A stretch of DNA of 64,000 bases from contig JALNZC010000001.1 of assembly GCA_023229525.1 (NCBI GenBank), forward strand, positions 31,860 to 95,859, written 5' to 3'. The notes below the pieces were generated by a model, which did no database searches, was not told where the DNA came from, and was given only the letters and a program-made list of their open reading frames with translations. This stretch comes from Bacteroidales bacterium. GTDB lineage: Bacteria > Bacteroidota > Bacteroidia > Bacteroidales > FEN-979. This document shows positions 53,751 to 63,296 of this stretch, piece by piece. The position numbers and the translations under genes are program-made. How positions within the stretch are numbered: position 1 is the stretch's first letter; each line of letters opens with the position of its first letter.

Positions 53751-55970
53751 TCATGTTTTACCTAAATGCCGGATCCGGAATACCGTAAAAATGACATACA
53801 TATAATGAAACCACACCAGTGACAGCAGCACAATGAGCGTGTACACCATCCACAGAGGGGCATCGGTATCGCCCAAACCGCGTTTGATTATCTTTGTCGG
53901 GGGTAATGGTTTTCCCCAGTTTATTGTACCGCTTACTTCTACATTTCCATAGTTATCATTTTCTTCCACTTTGGCTACAAGGGTGAGATAACCGAGTTGA
54001 TTTCCAGGGATGGACGTCGGAAACTCCAGACTGGCTGAACCATTGGTTATGGCTGCCTGTCCGACTTTCAGCAAACTGAAGGTACGTGGAACGTAAAATT
54101 GAACATCGAGATTTTCAACCGGGATCCATTCATTATTTTTTCCCGGTTCAAAAGCCTTCAGGTTGACCATTTTTTCTCCTTCTTTTTGAAAAAATGACAT
54201 TTCCATCCGCAAAGGTTTCATCGTTGTGCGCGCTAAAGCCTTGTCGTAATTGTCTTTTCCTGAAAATGACGCTTCAAATGAATAAAATCCTTTATCTCCT
54301 CCCGATGCGATAATTTCATCAGGAATAGCGAAAGTCGCAATCCCTTTGTCATTGGTCGTGTTTGTGCCAAGGGGTGTCTCCGTCTTACCCTGGAGAACTT
54401 TACAACCGATTTCCATTCCCGGAAGGGGCATGTATCTTCCATCTATTTTTGCACGCAGGGTCGCTTTGAGATTTTGGACCGAATCAATATGGAAATACTC
54501 TAGCTTCAGTACCGTCTGAACAGGTCCTTCTTCCTGTGCAATGACCCTGGGTGTTGAAGCGATCATGAGCAGGATGATAATTCCTGTTACTACGACATCA
54601 CTTTTTTTACGCTGCCTTATCACCTTTTTCATCTGTTTTTCAAAAACGATTTTCCTCAACCTGGAATAGTCTTTTTCTTCCCCACTTCTGACTACCGGTA
54701 TGATTGGAATAAATTTCGAAAAAAGATAGAAAAGCAGAATAAAAAGAGCGATCCCTGCGAAGGTCAATGCCCATTCAACCCATGTGGCGGAATAATGAAC
54801 ATATTCTGGCCGGAGGTCATGAATGGGTAGCATAGGGGTTTCGAGGGTGGGGATGATGATCAGGTATCGTTTAACCCATAGGGCAAGCACTGCAATGCAG
54901 GCAGCAAAAGCGATGGAGTTGATGTTGCGGAACTTCGGGACGGTCACAATGATGATGGGAACCAATACTCCGATGAAAACGGCAAAAACAAACAGGTGCC
55001 AGTACTCGCTGGGATTAAACAGCCTGAACAACACTTCCATGTCCCATTTGATAGAACCATACCAGCTGGTCAGGTACTCGCTGAAGGTAAAATAGCCATA
55101 CATCGCGCCCAAAACGATCATGATGATGCCCAGATAATTAAAATGAATTTTAGTGATATGCGATTCAAGGTGGTATACCTTTCTGAATACCCACATCACC
55201 ATGATCAATACACCAGTTCCGGAATAAACGGCTGCAATGACGAAATAGGGAGCGAAAATGGTGCTGTGCCATCCCGGCCGAAGCGTCATTCCGAAAATCC
55301 AGGCAAGAACAGAGTGAACCAGGATGGCCAGCGGGATGATTACGATCGACAATAAATCAGTCGATACATTCAACAGCTCTTTTTGCTTGGTGCTGTCCTT
55401 ATAGCGAACTGCCATGAACCGGTAGATGGGGTTCCGCCATCTGGCAGTCTTTACAGGGTTATCTCTCAGGATGGCAAGATCGCGGATCATTGCAAGATAG
55501 AGAAAAATAATGCTGCCTGAAAGGTATGTGCTGATGGCGATGACATCCCATATTATAGGGGATTGTATCCTTCCGAACAGGATGAGATTCGGTAAACGGT
55601 CCAGGCGTCCGATACAAAGCAGGATATAAGCAGGTCCGATCATCGTGGAGATTACTGTGATCATCTCGGCCATCCGGATGATGGGTGTCCGCCAGGGGAC
55701 CCTTAAAAGGTGCAGGATTCCAGAAATCAAAGCCCCGGCATAACTGATTCCGATGAAAAAGATAAAGTTAACGATGTATAATCCCCACACCACATTGTCG
55801 CGCATGCCGGTTACAATATGTCCATCCACAATCTGAATATATAACGCGTACATGCCGAATCCCATTACCAATAAGAGAAAGACAACCAGGGCAACGCCCT
55901 TTTTGCTCATTTTCTCCAACTGGGGTTTGAATGCATAAAGATTTTGCTGTGTTTTTTCGTCCTCGTACAT
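53751..55970 (-). CDS. NrfD/PsrC-family quinol-interacting membrane subunit fused to an approximately 270-aa C-terminal domain and terminal TM
   Basis: About 10 TMs in the first 450 aa with NrfD-like spacing. Next comes a TM (VVVTGIIILLMIA), a soluble beta-rich region (QEEGPVQ...INWGKPLPP) and a final TM (LWMVYTLIVLLSLVWF). Confidence 0.7.
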   Translation of the reverse strand: MYEDEKTQQNLYAFKPQLEKMSKKGVALVVFLLLVMGFGMYALYIQIVDGHIVTGMRDNVVWGLYIVNFIFFIGISYAGALISGILHLLRVPWRTPIIRMAEMITVISTMIGPAYILLCIGRLDRLPNLILFGRIQSPIIWDVIAISTYLSGSIIFLYLAMIRDLAILRDNPVKTARWRNPIYRFMAVRYKDSTKQKELLNVSTDLLSIVIIPLAILVHSVLAWIFGMTLRPGWHSTIFAPYFVIAAVYSGTGVLIMVMWVFRKVYHLESHITKIHFNYLGIIMIVLGAMYGYFTFSEYLTSWYGSIKWDMEVLFRLFNPSEYWHLFVFAVFIGVLVPIIIVTVPKFRNINSIAFAACIAVLALWVKRYLIIIPTLETPMLPIHDLRPEYVHYSATWVEWALTFAGIALFILLFYLFSKFIPIIPVVRSGEEKDYSRLRKIVFEKQMKKVIRQRKKSDVVVTGIIILLMIASTPRVIAQEEGPVQTVLKLEYFHIDSVQNLKATLRAKIDGRYMPLPGMEIGCKVLQGKTETPLGTNTTNDKGIATFAIPDEIIASGGDKGFYSFEASFSGKDNYDKALARTTMKPLRMEMSFFQKEGEKMVNLKAFEPGKNNEWIPVENLDVQFYVPRTFSLLKVGQAAITNGSASLEFPTSIPGNQLGYLTLVAKVEENDNYGNVEVSGTINWGKPLPPTKIIKRGLGDTDAPLWMVYTLIVLLSLVWFHYMYVIFTVFRIRHLGKT

Positions 55971-55979
55971 AGTTCGTGT

Positions 55980-56936
55980 TTATTCAGTTATGTTAGCTTC
56001 AGTTTTATATAGCGCTATTTCCTCTTCACTCAACCCTTCGAATCCCACTTTGTAATCAAAAGCGCGGTCAACTGCCGGCAGATAATATACACTGGGCTCG
56101 GTGCCAAGTTCCTCCATAAACCGGTAAGCCGCCCTTGTGGCGATCAGATCGCTGAACCGCACGGTGTCAGTACCATTGGTAACTGCATCTTCGTTTTTAT
56201 CACCATAATAAAATACACCGTTGGGGCAGGAAGTAACACATGCCGGTAATTCACCTTTTCTGACCATATCGGGACAGAAATCGCATTTACTGACAGTGCC
56301 GATTTTTGGTGGGGTACTGGTTTCAGGAGAATAGGCGGCAGCATTCATTTTTTTATCCATTTTTGGCTCTTCCCAGTTGAATACCCGTGAAGAATAGGGA
56401 CAAGCAGCCATGCAAAATTTGCATCCGATGCAGCGGTCATTGTCAATCAGTACGATCCCGTCGGTACGTTTGAACGTGGCGCCTACGGGACAAACCTTGA
56501 CACAGGGCGGATTATTGCAATGCAGGCAAGGTTTTGGGAACCAATAGGGTGACATGTCCGCGGAGTCACGCATCAGGTAAAATTTTATCCATTCCATATG
56601 TGGTGGGAGGAAGTGCATTTTCTGACATCCCTGCAAGCATTTCCTTGCATTTCTACACTTCGCCAGGTCGATCACCATCACCATTCTTTTATCAGGTAAT
56701 CCTTGCCGGGCTTCAAGGTTTCCTGCCGGCTGACAGCACACGTGTCCTTTGTCAACCTCCACCAGCTTTCCATCTGGTGTAAGTAATTTTATCTTCTCCC
56801 CGGTCTCTTTGCCGTCTTTGCTGTCAGGTTCTGAAATGGCAGACAAAACGCTGTTACCTCCGGTTATGATGGCAGTGGTTCCTGCAGCAATTCCCAGTTT
56901 CAGAAAATTTCTGCGGTTGGTCAAACGTCTTTCCAT
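55980..56936 (-). CDS. Tat-exported 4Fe-4S ferredoxin subunit (NrfC/PsrB/HybA type)
   Basis: Twin-Arg leader RRNFLKLG and multiple Cys clusters (CLHCNNPPCVKVCP, CIGCKFCMAACP, CDFCPD...LPACVTSCP). Confidence 0.85.
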   Translation of the reverse strand: MERRLTNRRNFLKLGIAAGTTAIITGGNSVLSAISEPDSKDGKETGEKIKLLTPDGKLVEVDKGHVCCQPAGNLEARQGLPDKRMVMVIDLAKCRNARKCLQGCQKMHFLPPHMEWIKFYLMRDSADMSPYWFPKPCLHCNNPPCVKVCPVGATFKRTDGIVLIDNDRCIGCKFCMAACPYSSRVFNWEEPKMDKKMNAAAYSPETSTPPKIGTVSKCDFCPDMVRKGELPACVTSCPNGVFYYGDKNEDAVTNGTDTVRFSDLIATRAAYRFMEELGTEPSVYYLPAVDRAFDYKVGFEGLSEEEIALYKTEANITE

Positions 56937-57072
56937 GAAAGTTTAAGTTCATTTTTTAGCAACGCCAAATCTACCCAGATATGTATTCAATTTCTGGGAT
57001 ATGATCTGTCAGTTTTGACGATCTGTACCGGAAATTTTAAACCCGGTAAATCAAAATAAACTGTGTTTAATA

Positions 57073-57086
57073 TTGATATATGTCAA
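57073..57086. promoter_or_regulatory. FNR/CRP-type palindrome TTGAT-ATAT-GTCAA in the divergent promoter region
   Basis: 13/14 match to TTGATnnnnATCAA. It lies 47 nt upstream of the fnr-like ATG and 137 nt upstream of the FeS-subunit ATG. Confidence 0.5.
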
Positions 57087-57132
57087 TTTACTGTACCTTT
57101 ATTCCCTTGAAAGGATCAAAACATAATTCAAC

Positions 57133-57834
57133 ATGAGTGATTTTTTTGAAGGGACACCGAAACATTGTATAGGGTGTCAGTGTATGTCGCCATTATTTCA
57201 CCTGTTGAGTAAGGAAGAACTGGAGATGGTTGATACAAATAAAATTCATGTCAATTTCAAGGCTGGTGAGACAATCAAAAAGCAAGGTACATTTATGTCG
57301 CATGTGCTCTCCGTGAACAGCGGGCTTGCCAAGTTATATCTTGAGGGGATCGAAGGCCGGTCAGCTATCATGCGCATAGTGAAACCGACCAGTTTTATCG
57401 GGGGTCCCGGCATTTATTATGACCAACGGCATCATTTTACGATTACAGCCTTGCTTGATTCATCGGTTTGTTTCATTGATATGAATGTTTTTAAAAAAAT
57501 TCTCGCCGGAAATCAATTGTTTGCAGAAGAGTTTCTCAAAGATTTCAGCCGGGATGTTGTAACTGTTTACACCCGTTTAATCTTTCTCACTCAAAAGCAA
57601 ATGCCCGGAAGAATGGCCGGTACGTTGTTATACCTGTATGATGAAATTTTTCAGAAAATGAAGTTTCCCATGATCCTTTCCCGCAATGATCTCGCCGACC
57701 TTTCAGCAATGTCGCATGACAGCGCACTAAAAGTGTTGCGTGATTTTCAGAAGGATGGTCTGATAAAGATATCAGCTCAGGAGATGGAACTCCTTGATGT
57801 GGATGGATTGCAGACAATTAGCCGTATTGGCTGA
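57133..57834 (+). CDS. Crp/Fnr-family transcriptional regulator with N-terminal Cys cluster
   Basis: HCIGCQCMSP N-terminal Cys triad plus internal Cys (SSVCFID), cNMP-binding-like fold, C-terminal HTH (RNDLADLSAMSHDSALKVLRDF). Confidence 0.85.
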   Translation: MSDFFEGTPKHCIGCQCMSPLFHLLSKEELEMVDTNKIHVNFKAGETIKKQGTFMSHVLSVNSGLAKLYLEGIEGRSAIMRIVKPTSFIGGPGIYYDQRHHFTITALLDSSVCFIDMNVFKKILAGNQLFAEEFLKDFSRDVVTVYTRLIFLTQKQMPGRMAGTLLYLYDEIFQKMKFPMILSRNDLADLSAMSHDSALKVLRDFQKDGLIKISAQEMELLDVDGLQTISRIG

Positions 57835-57886
57835 TAGGGCCTTGGCCTTAACCCCTTTTGCTTTGTAATTTTTAAAACCGGATGTT

Positions 57887-59800
57887 TTATTTCAGGTGTT
57901 GACCCAGGAATTTTTCCATGGCCCTGTAAAAATCAAACCTGTTTTCTTCGTTGTGAAATCCATGACCTTCATTGTCCTTGATCATATATTCTACGGTTAT
58001 CCCACGTTTCTTTAAGGCATTGACCATCTGGTCCGATTCATTAATGTTTACACGGGGATCGTTTTTCCCCTGAGCCACAAACAACGGTGTTTTTATCTTA
58101 TCGGCATTCAATGCCGGAGATGTGGCAATGAACTGTATACTGTCAGCTTTCGGATCTCCCACCATTTCGTACATCATGTCTAGCATGGGTTTCCAATATG
58201 GGGGGATGGTCTTCAGAAAAGTAAACAAATTGGATACACCCACATAATCAACTGCTGCGGTATAAAGATCAGGTTCTCTTATAATGCCCTGAAGTGTGGC
58301 GTACCCACCGTAACTTCCACCGTAGATGGCGATCCGCTTCGGATCGGCAATGCCTTTGTCGATCAGCCATTTTGTTCCATCGGTAATGTCGTTCTGCATG
58401 GTAAGCCCCCATTGTTTGAACGACTTTTCCCAGAAATTACGGCCATAGCCGGTCGATCCGCGGAAATTCATTTGCAATACTGCATACCCGCGGTTAGCCA
58501 GGAACTGAACTTCCGGATTAAATCCCCAGCTATCCCTGGCCCATGGTCCTCCGTGAGGATTTACAACCACCGGGAGGTTCCTCGCAGTCTCCATGGTATA
58601 GCCGACCGGAAGGGTCAGATATCCATTAACCATTACGTTGTCCCTTGTTTTAAATTCAACGGGAAGCATTTCTGCCAGTTCGTCTTCCTTGAGCCAGGTA
58701 AAAAGATCAGCGACCTTTTGTAAGGTGTCTTTTACATTATCATACACATAATATCCTCCCAGCGACCGGTCACTGTATGCGCGGATCATAAATTTATCTT
58801 CTGCCCTGGTAAATGAAGTGATATTGAATGTATAATTACCCAACTGTTTTTGAATTTTCGCGTACAACTGTTTTGCTTCTTCATCGAAGTAATAACGCTC
58901 CGGCTTCCACGATTCGTAATTCGCGGCAATAAGGCGCTTTTTACCATGCGACCAGACCACATCGCTGACATCAAAGTCCTTGTTTTCATATAAAGTCTGT
59001 ATTTCCTTCCCATTTGCAATGTCAAAAATTACCACGGCACTCTTATCCCTGCCCAGATTCGATGTGGCATATACGTTTTTATTGTCGAATGTGAAAAGCA
59101 TCGGGTAAAGGGATTCCTTAAAATTAGTCGTCAATACCGGCTTGAACTTTTCCGTTTCCTTTTCACGATAGAGGACCTGTGTATTTATCCCGTCCACAAT
59201 TGCGGTAGCTGCTCTCAGTTTGCCATCGTGGTCCACGATCCATCCCTGGATATTCCCCGGATTTTCGGCCAATTGCTTCATTTCACCGGTGATAATATTC
59301 AGTCTATAGGGATCAAACGCTTCGGGATTCCGCTTGTTAAGGCCAATGATCATTTCATTGGGAAAGTCATAGAGATCATCAAGAATTTCAGTCCTCACTT
59401 TAGGAAAATCAGTGAAACATTTCAAGTTGGAGCCGTCGATGTTCACACCGTAAAGTTTGAAGTTTTCATCACCTCCGGTATCCTTCAGGAATACGATCCG
59501 GGAAGGGCTTTTCCAGAAATAAACGGAGATGTCGCGGTCTTTTTCCGAAGTAAGCCGGATTGCGTTTTTCTTTCCAATCTCCTGTACAAAAATGTTCATG
59601 CGCTTTTCGTAAGGGCCCATAAACGAGAAGTATTTTCCGTCGGGGGAAATCTGAAACCGGGCTTTTTCCGGATTTTTAAAGAAATCTTCGAGGGGGATTT
59701 GTCTTACCTGCATTGTTTTTTTTGGTTTACAGCCACCCAGGAGGAGAGCAGCGCTGAGGAGACCTCCCAAAAGGAGGAAAAAGAAAAAACGTGTTTTCAT
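57887..59800 (-). CDS. S9-family serine peptidase (prolyl oligopeptidase / dipeptidyl-peptidase type), lipoprotein
   Basis: LLLGGC lipobox, beta-propeller N-half, catalytic GGSYGGY Ser, Asp (GKNDPRV) and His (EGHGF). Confidence 0.9.
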   Translation of the reverse strand: MKTRFFFFLLLGGLLSAALLLGGCKPKKTMQVRQIPLEDFFKNPEKARFQISPDGKYFSFMGPYEKRMNIFVQEIGKKNAIRLTSEKDRDISVYFWKSPSRIVFLKDTGGDENFKLYGVNIDGSNLKCFTDFPKVRTEILDDLYDFPNEMIIGLNKRNPEAFDPYRLNIITGEMKQLAENPGNIQGWIVDHDGKLRAATAIVDGINTQVLYREKETEKFKPVLTTNFKESLYPMLFTFDNKNVYATSNLGRDKSAVVIFDIANGKEIQTLYENKDFDVSDVVWSHGKKRLIAANYESWKPERYYFDEEAKQLYAKIQKQLGNYTFNITSFTRAEDKFMIRAYSDRSLGGYYVYDNVKDTLQKVADLFTWLKEDELAEMLPVEFKTRDNVMVNGYLTLPVGYTMETARNLPVVVNPHGGPWARDSWGFNPEVQFLANRGYAVLQMNFRGSTGYGRNFWEKSFKQWGLTMQNDITDGTKWLIDKGIADPKRIAIYGGSYGGYATLQGIIREPDLYTAAVDYVGVSNLFTFLKTIPPYWKPMLDMMYEMVGDPKADSIQFIATSPALNADKIKTPLFVAQGKNDPRVNINESDQMVNALKKRGITVEYMIKDNEGHGFHNEENRFDFYRAMEKFLGQHLK

Positions 59801-59940
59801 GCGAAATTATTTTTTCTCAATATTATGAATTATTTCTCTGATGGCGGGCGGTTTTCGATGAAAACGTCGATTTACTCTGCAAATTCGACCGCTAACATGA
59901 TGAAAAATCATATATCTTTGATATCCAGATCAAAAATATA

Positions 59941-61479
59941 TTGGCCAATGGGTCGTTACTTATAAAACTCCGATCAGTGGATATTTACCTCCGGAAAAAG
60001 CGTTGGAAATTCATTTTATTTGCAACGGCAATGATCATCGTAGCCGCGTCGCTTTATTATACGAATATACTTGTCAATGAAATCCGTAAAGATGAACGAA
60101 AAAATGTTCAGATCTGGGCTGATGCTATCCATCAGAAAGCCGATCTGGTGAATTATACCAACAACCTTTTCGAACAACTTAAGAACGAAGAACGGAAGCG
60201 GGTTTCCATTGTAGCCGAAGCCCAACGCCGCATTCTTACGGCCACACCCAACGAAGATTTGAATTTCTTTCTCAGCATCATCGGCGAAAACACCACGATC
60301 CCGGTGATTGTTACCGACGACTCGGGGAACATTATGGCTTCCCGCAATACCAGTCTGAACGAATCGGTTAAAAAACTGGAAGGCCGTCTTCAGCAGGAAT
60401 TTTCAGCCTACCCTCCGATCGTCGTAAACTACATTTACAATAAAAAAATATACCTCTATTACAAAGATTCCAACATCTTTGCCAAACTAAAATCGGTGCT
60501 CGACGACCTGATCCGCTCTTTTTTTTCGGAGGTTGTTCTCAATTCTGCATCTGTCCCCGTTATCATTACCGACAGTACCGGTAAAATTCCTTTTGCTTAT
60601 GGGAATATTCCGGAAAATAAAATGCAGGATAAGTTGTGGGTGCAACAAACCCTGGAGAGTATGGCGTCGCAAAATACACCCATTAAAATTGACCTGGCGG
60701 ATACCGGAATACATTACATCTATTACCAGGATTCATTCCTGCTCACCCAGTTGAAATACTATCCGGTTGTGCAGTTTGGGGTAATCGCGGTTTTTCTTTT
60801 AATCGCATATCTGCTTTTCAGTTATGCCCGGAAATCGGAGCAAAATCAGGTTTGGGTCGGAATGGCAAAAGAAACGGCACACCAGTTGGGAACTCCTTTA
60901 TCTTCTATGATCGCCTGGATGGAATTACTGAAGCTGAAAGGATTGGATGAAGAAACGATACGGGAAATAGAAAAAGATGTGCAACGGCTGGAGACCATCA
61001 CCGACCGGTTTTCGAAAATCGGCTCAGCTGCGCGGCTTGAGAAAACAAACATCGTCGGAATGATCCATGAAACGGTTAATTATATCCGCTCACGCACTTC
61101 GCCAAAAATTACCTTCACCATTAATCCTTCGCGTTCGACTGAACTCTTTGTTCCCTTAAACCTTCATCTTTTCGAGTGGGTCATCGAAAACCTGTGTAAA
61201 AATGCAGTTGATGCAATGGAAGGTAGCGGTACGGTAAATATCGAGATTTCTGAAGATGTCGATCACGTTCATATTGATGTCAGTGACACCGGAAAAGGTA
61301 TTCCGAAATCACGGTTTAAAACCATTTTTCATCCGGGTTTTACCAGTAAGAAAAGAGGCTGGGGACTTGGGTTGACCCTCTCCAAACGGATTGTTGAAAA
61401 TTACCACTCCGGAAAGATCTTTGTAAGATCATCCACCCTGAACAAGGGAACCACCTTCCGCATCATCCTGAAGAAATAA
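59941..61479 (+). CDS. Sensor histidine kinase (two TMs, extracytoplasmic domain, HisKA, HATPase_c)
   Basis: H-box ETAHQLGTPLSS, N-box ENLCKNAVDA, G-boxes DTGKGI and GWGLGL. Non-ATG start in the track, so the start is uncertain. Confidence 0.85.
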   Translation: MANGSLLIKLRSVDIYLRKKRWKFILFATAMIIVAASLYYTNILVNEIRKDERKNVQIWADAIHQKADLVNYTNNLFEQLKNEERKRVSIVAEAQRRILTATPNEDLNFFLSIIGENTTIPVIVTDDSGNIMASRNTSLNESVKKLEGRLQQEFSAYPPIVVNYIYNKKIYLYYKDSNIFAKLKSVLDDLIRSFFSEVVLNSASVPVIITDSTGKIPFAYGNIPENKMQDKLWVQQTLESMASQNTPIKIDLADTGIHYIYYQDSFLLTQLKYYPVVQFGVIAVFLLIAYLLFSYARKSEQNQVWVGMAKETAHQLGTPLSSMIAWMELLKLKGLDEETIREIEKDVQRLETITDRFSKIGSAARLEKTNIVGMIHETVNYIRSRTSPKITFTINPSRSTELFVPLNLHLFEWVIENLCKNAVDAMEGSGTVNIEISEDVDHVHIDVSDTGKGIPKSRFKTIFHPGFTSKKRGWGLGLTLSKRIVENYHSGKIFVRSSTLNKGTTFRIILKK

Positions 61480-61484
61480 TCCCT

Positions 61485-62831
61485 TTGGCCGGCATCTACA
61501 TTCATATACCGTTCTGTAATCGCAAATGTCACTATTGCAATTTTTTTTCACTTGCTTCACAGAAAAACAGAACGGAATTTCTGACAGCGCTGAAAAGTGA
61601 GATAACCCAGACTCGTGATTACCTGGCCGGCGAACCGGTAAATACCATCTATTTTGGCGGAGGAACACCTTCCCTCTACCAACCGGAAGCATTGCAAGAA
61701 GTTTTGGAGATATTAGCTGAATCCCCGAGCCTCCCTGATCCCAAGTCTTCATCCAGCATCCAGCATCCAGTATCCAGCATCCAGCATCCAGTATCCAACA
61801 TCCAGCATCCAGCATCCAGCATCCAACATCCAGCATCCAACATCCAGCATCCAGCATCCAACATCCAACATCCAACATCCAACATCCAGCATCCAGCATC
61901 CAGCATCCAGCATCCAGTATCAACGAGCGAAGCGAGCCTGCATCCTGCATCAACACTTAAGGAGATAACCCTGGAGATAAATCCGGATAACGTGACCAGC
62001 GTGTTTGTAACTGAATTGAAGCATACATGGTTCAACCGGTTCAGTGTTGGGGTGCAGTCGTTTTTTGATGAAGACCTTGACTGGCTGAACCGCGCACATT
62101 CAGCCAATCAGGCGATCGGGGCCGTCAGGTTATTACAGGAAGCGAGATATGAAAACATCAGTATTGATCTGATTTACGGTATTCCATCTTCCACCGATAC
62201 CCGATGGCAGAAAAACCTCGAAACTGCCTTTTCACTTGGCGTTCCGCATATCTCAGCGTATGCCCTTACAGTTGAATCCGGGACCCCGCTTGCATGGATG
62301 ATAAGTAAAAAAAGAATATCACCATTGGATGATGAACTACAGGTAGTCCAGTTTAAAATGTTAATGGAAATGGCCTTGGATCATGGTTTTCAGCAGTATG
62401 AGATTTCAAATTTCGCCAGATCCGGTTGGAACGCAATCCACAACACCAATTATTGGAAAGGAATTCCATTTCTGGGCTTGGGTCCTTCGGCACACAGTTA
62501 CAATGATAACTCGCGGCGATGGAATGTTTCCAACCTGTCGGAATATATTGAACGTATTACCAACGGTGCATGCCTGTATGTGGAAGAACATTTGACCCCG
62601 GAACAGAAATACAACGAATATGTAATGACCTCACTCCGGACGATGTGGGGCTGTGATTCACAAAAACTTATTTACGATTTTGGATCTACGATTTACGATT
62701 TTTTTCGAAAAAACGCTTTACCAATGATCGACCGGGGGTTACTACGGGAGGTTTCCGGAGTTTATTTCCTTACGGATGAAGGGAAGTTGTTTGCTGATGG
62801 GGTGGCGGCAGGGTTGTTTTTGGTGACGTAA
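61485..62831 (+). CDS. hemW: Radical-SAM heme chaperone HemW / oxygen-independent coproporphyrinogen oxidase-like, carrying a repeat-encoded insertion
   Basis: [17 protein letters not shown] (CX3CX2C), [25 protein letters not shown], and HemN_C-like tail. TTG start in the track. Confidence 0.85.
   Translation: MAGIYIHIPFCNRKCHYCNFFSLASQKNRTEFLTALKSEITQTRDYLAGEPVNTIYFGGGTPSLYQPEALQEVLEILAESPSLPDPKSSSSIQHPVSSIQHPVSNIQHPASSIQHPASNIQHPASNIQHPTSNIQHPASSIQHPVSTSEASLHPASTLKEITLEINPDNVTSVFVTELKHTWFNRFSVGVQSFFDEDLDWLNRAHSANQAIGAVRLLQEARYENISIDLIYGIPSSTDTRWQKNLETAFSLGVPHISAYALTVESGTPLAWMISKKRISPLDDELQVVQFKMLMEMALDHGFQQYEISNFARSGWNAIHNTNYWKGIPFLGLGPSAHSYNDNSRRWNVSNLSEYIERITNGACLYVEEHLTPEQKYNEYVMTSLRTMWGCDSQKLIYDFGSTIYDFFRKNALPMIDRGLLREVSGVYFLTDEGKLFADGVAAGLFLVT
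61750..61924 (+). repeat. Tandem heptamer array (CATCCAG)24 plus 1 degenerate unit inside hemW
   Basis: Counted by eye: 24 consecutive YATCCAR units from 61750 to 61917, then tatcaac. All six reading frames are open across the array. Confidence 0.95.
62670..62704 (+). repeat. Heptamer array ATYTACG-like x5 in the hemW 3' region
   Basis: atttacg attttgg atctacg atttacg atttttt, translated as [13 protein letters not shown]. Confidence 0.65.
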
Positions 62832-62907
62832 TGTTGATGCCGGATAATGACTCACTTCATTCGCAGGAGTGAGATGCAGAAAGACAAGTAAGAGATGGGA
62901 GATAAAT

Positions 62908-62942
62908 AAATCGTAAATCTAAAATCGTAAATCAAATCGTAG
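62908..62942 (-). repeat. Heptamer array AAATCGT-like x5 (inverted copy of the 62670 array)
   Basis: aaatcgt aaatcta aaatcgt aaatcaa atcgtag; reverse complement of the ACGATTT phase of the upstream array. Confidence 0.65.
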
Positions 62943-63128
62943 TTTTGTAGCCGATGGGCTTTCGTGGTGGAGGTAGCTCTTCTTTTGGCAATAAATCAAT
63001 ATCGCTTTTGGCCGAGGCACTGTCAGTCGCGTAACTCGCGTATAAAAAGCCTTATAAATCGGCAACCCCGATTCATTTAATAAATGAAGATATCTTCTGA
63101 CCAATTCTATAGCTTCTCTTTGAGACAT
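62932..63128 (-). pseudogene. Nucleotidyltransferase (MNT-type) remnant, frameshifted and truncated
   Basis: MSQREAIELVRRYLHLLNESGLPIYKAF in one frame. The NTase motif LYASYATDSASAKSDIDLL follows in the +1 frame after a T5 run (plus-strand A5 at 63044..63048). It stops about 20 codons later. Confidence 0.6.
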
Positions 63129-63296
63129 TGTAACGTGTTTTTTGTCCTGTTAAAGATATCAAGGGTGAGCTGCCGGCCAGGTAAATTGGGATTATAATCC
63201 GGATAACGCCCTTCAATTTGGTGAAAGTAATGAAAATAAATAAAGAATGATTAAATGTCAATATAATGGCAATACCATTTTTTATAAATTTGCTGA

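Noticed and set aside
59228-59965. 245-aa plus-strand ORF
   Set aside because: Antisense to the S9 peptidase gene, which has an intact catalytic triad; no features of its own.
61750-61924. Possibility that the heptamer arrays (here and at 33474..33595) are CRISPR-like arrays
   Set aside because: Units are 7 bp and contiguous, with no unique spacers, and no cas genes are in the window. They are simple tandem repeats.
61429-62107. Two long minus-strand ORFs (61429..61956 and 61676..62107) with [14 protein letters not shown] repeats
   Set aside because: They exist only because the heptamer array has no stops in any frame. They are antisense to a well-supported hemW and have no recognisable non-repeat domain.
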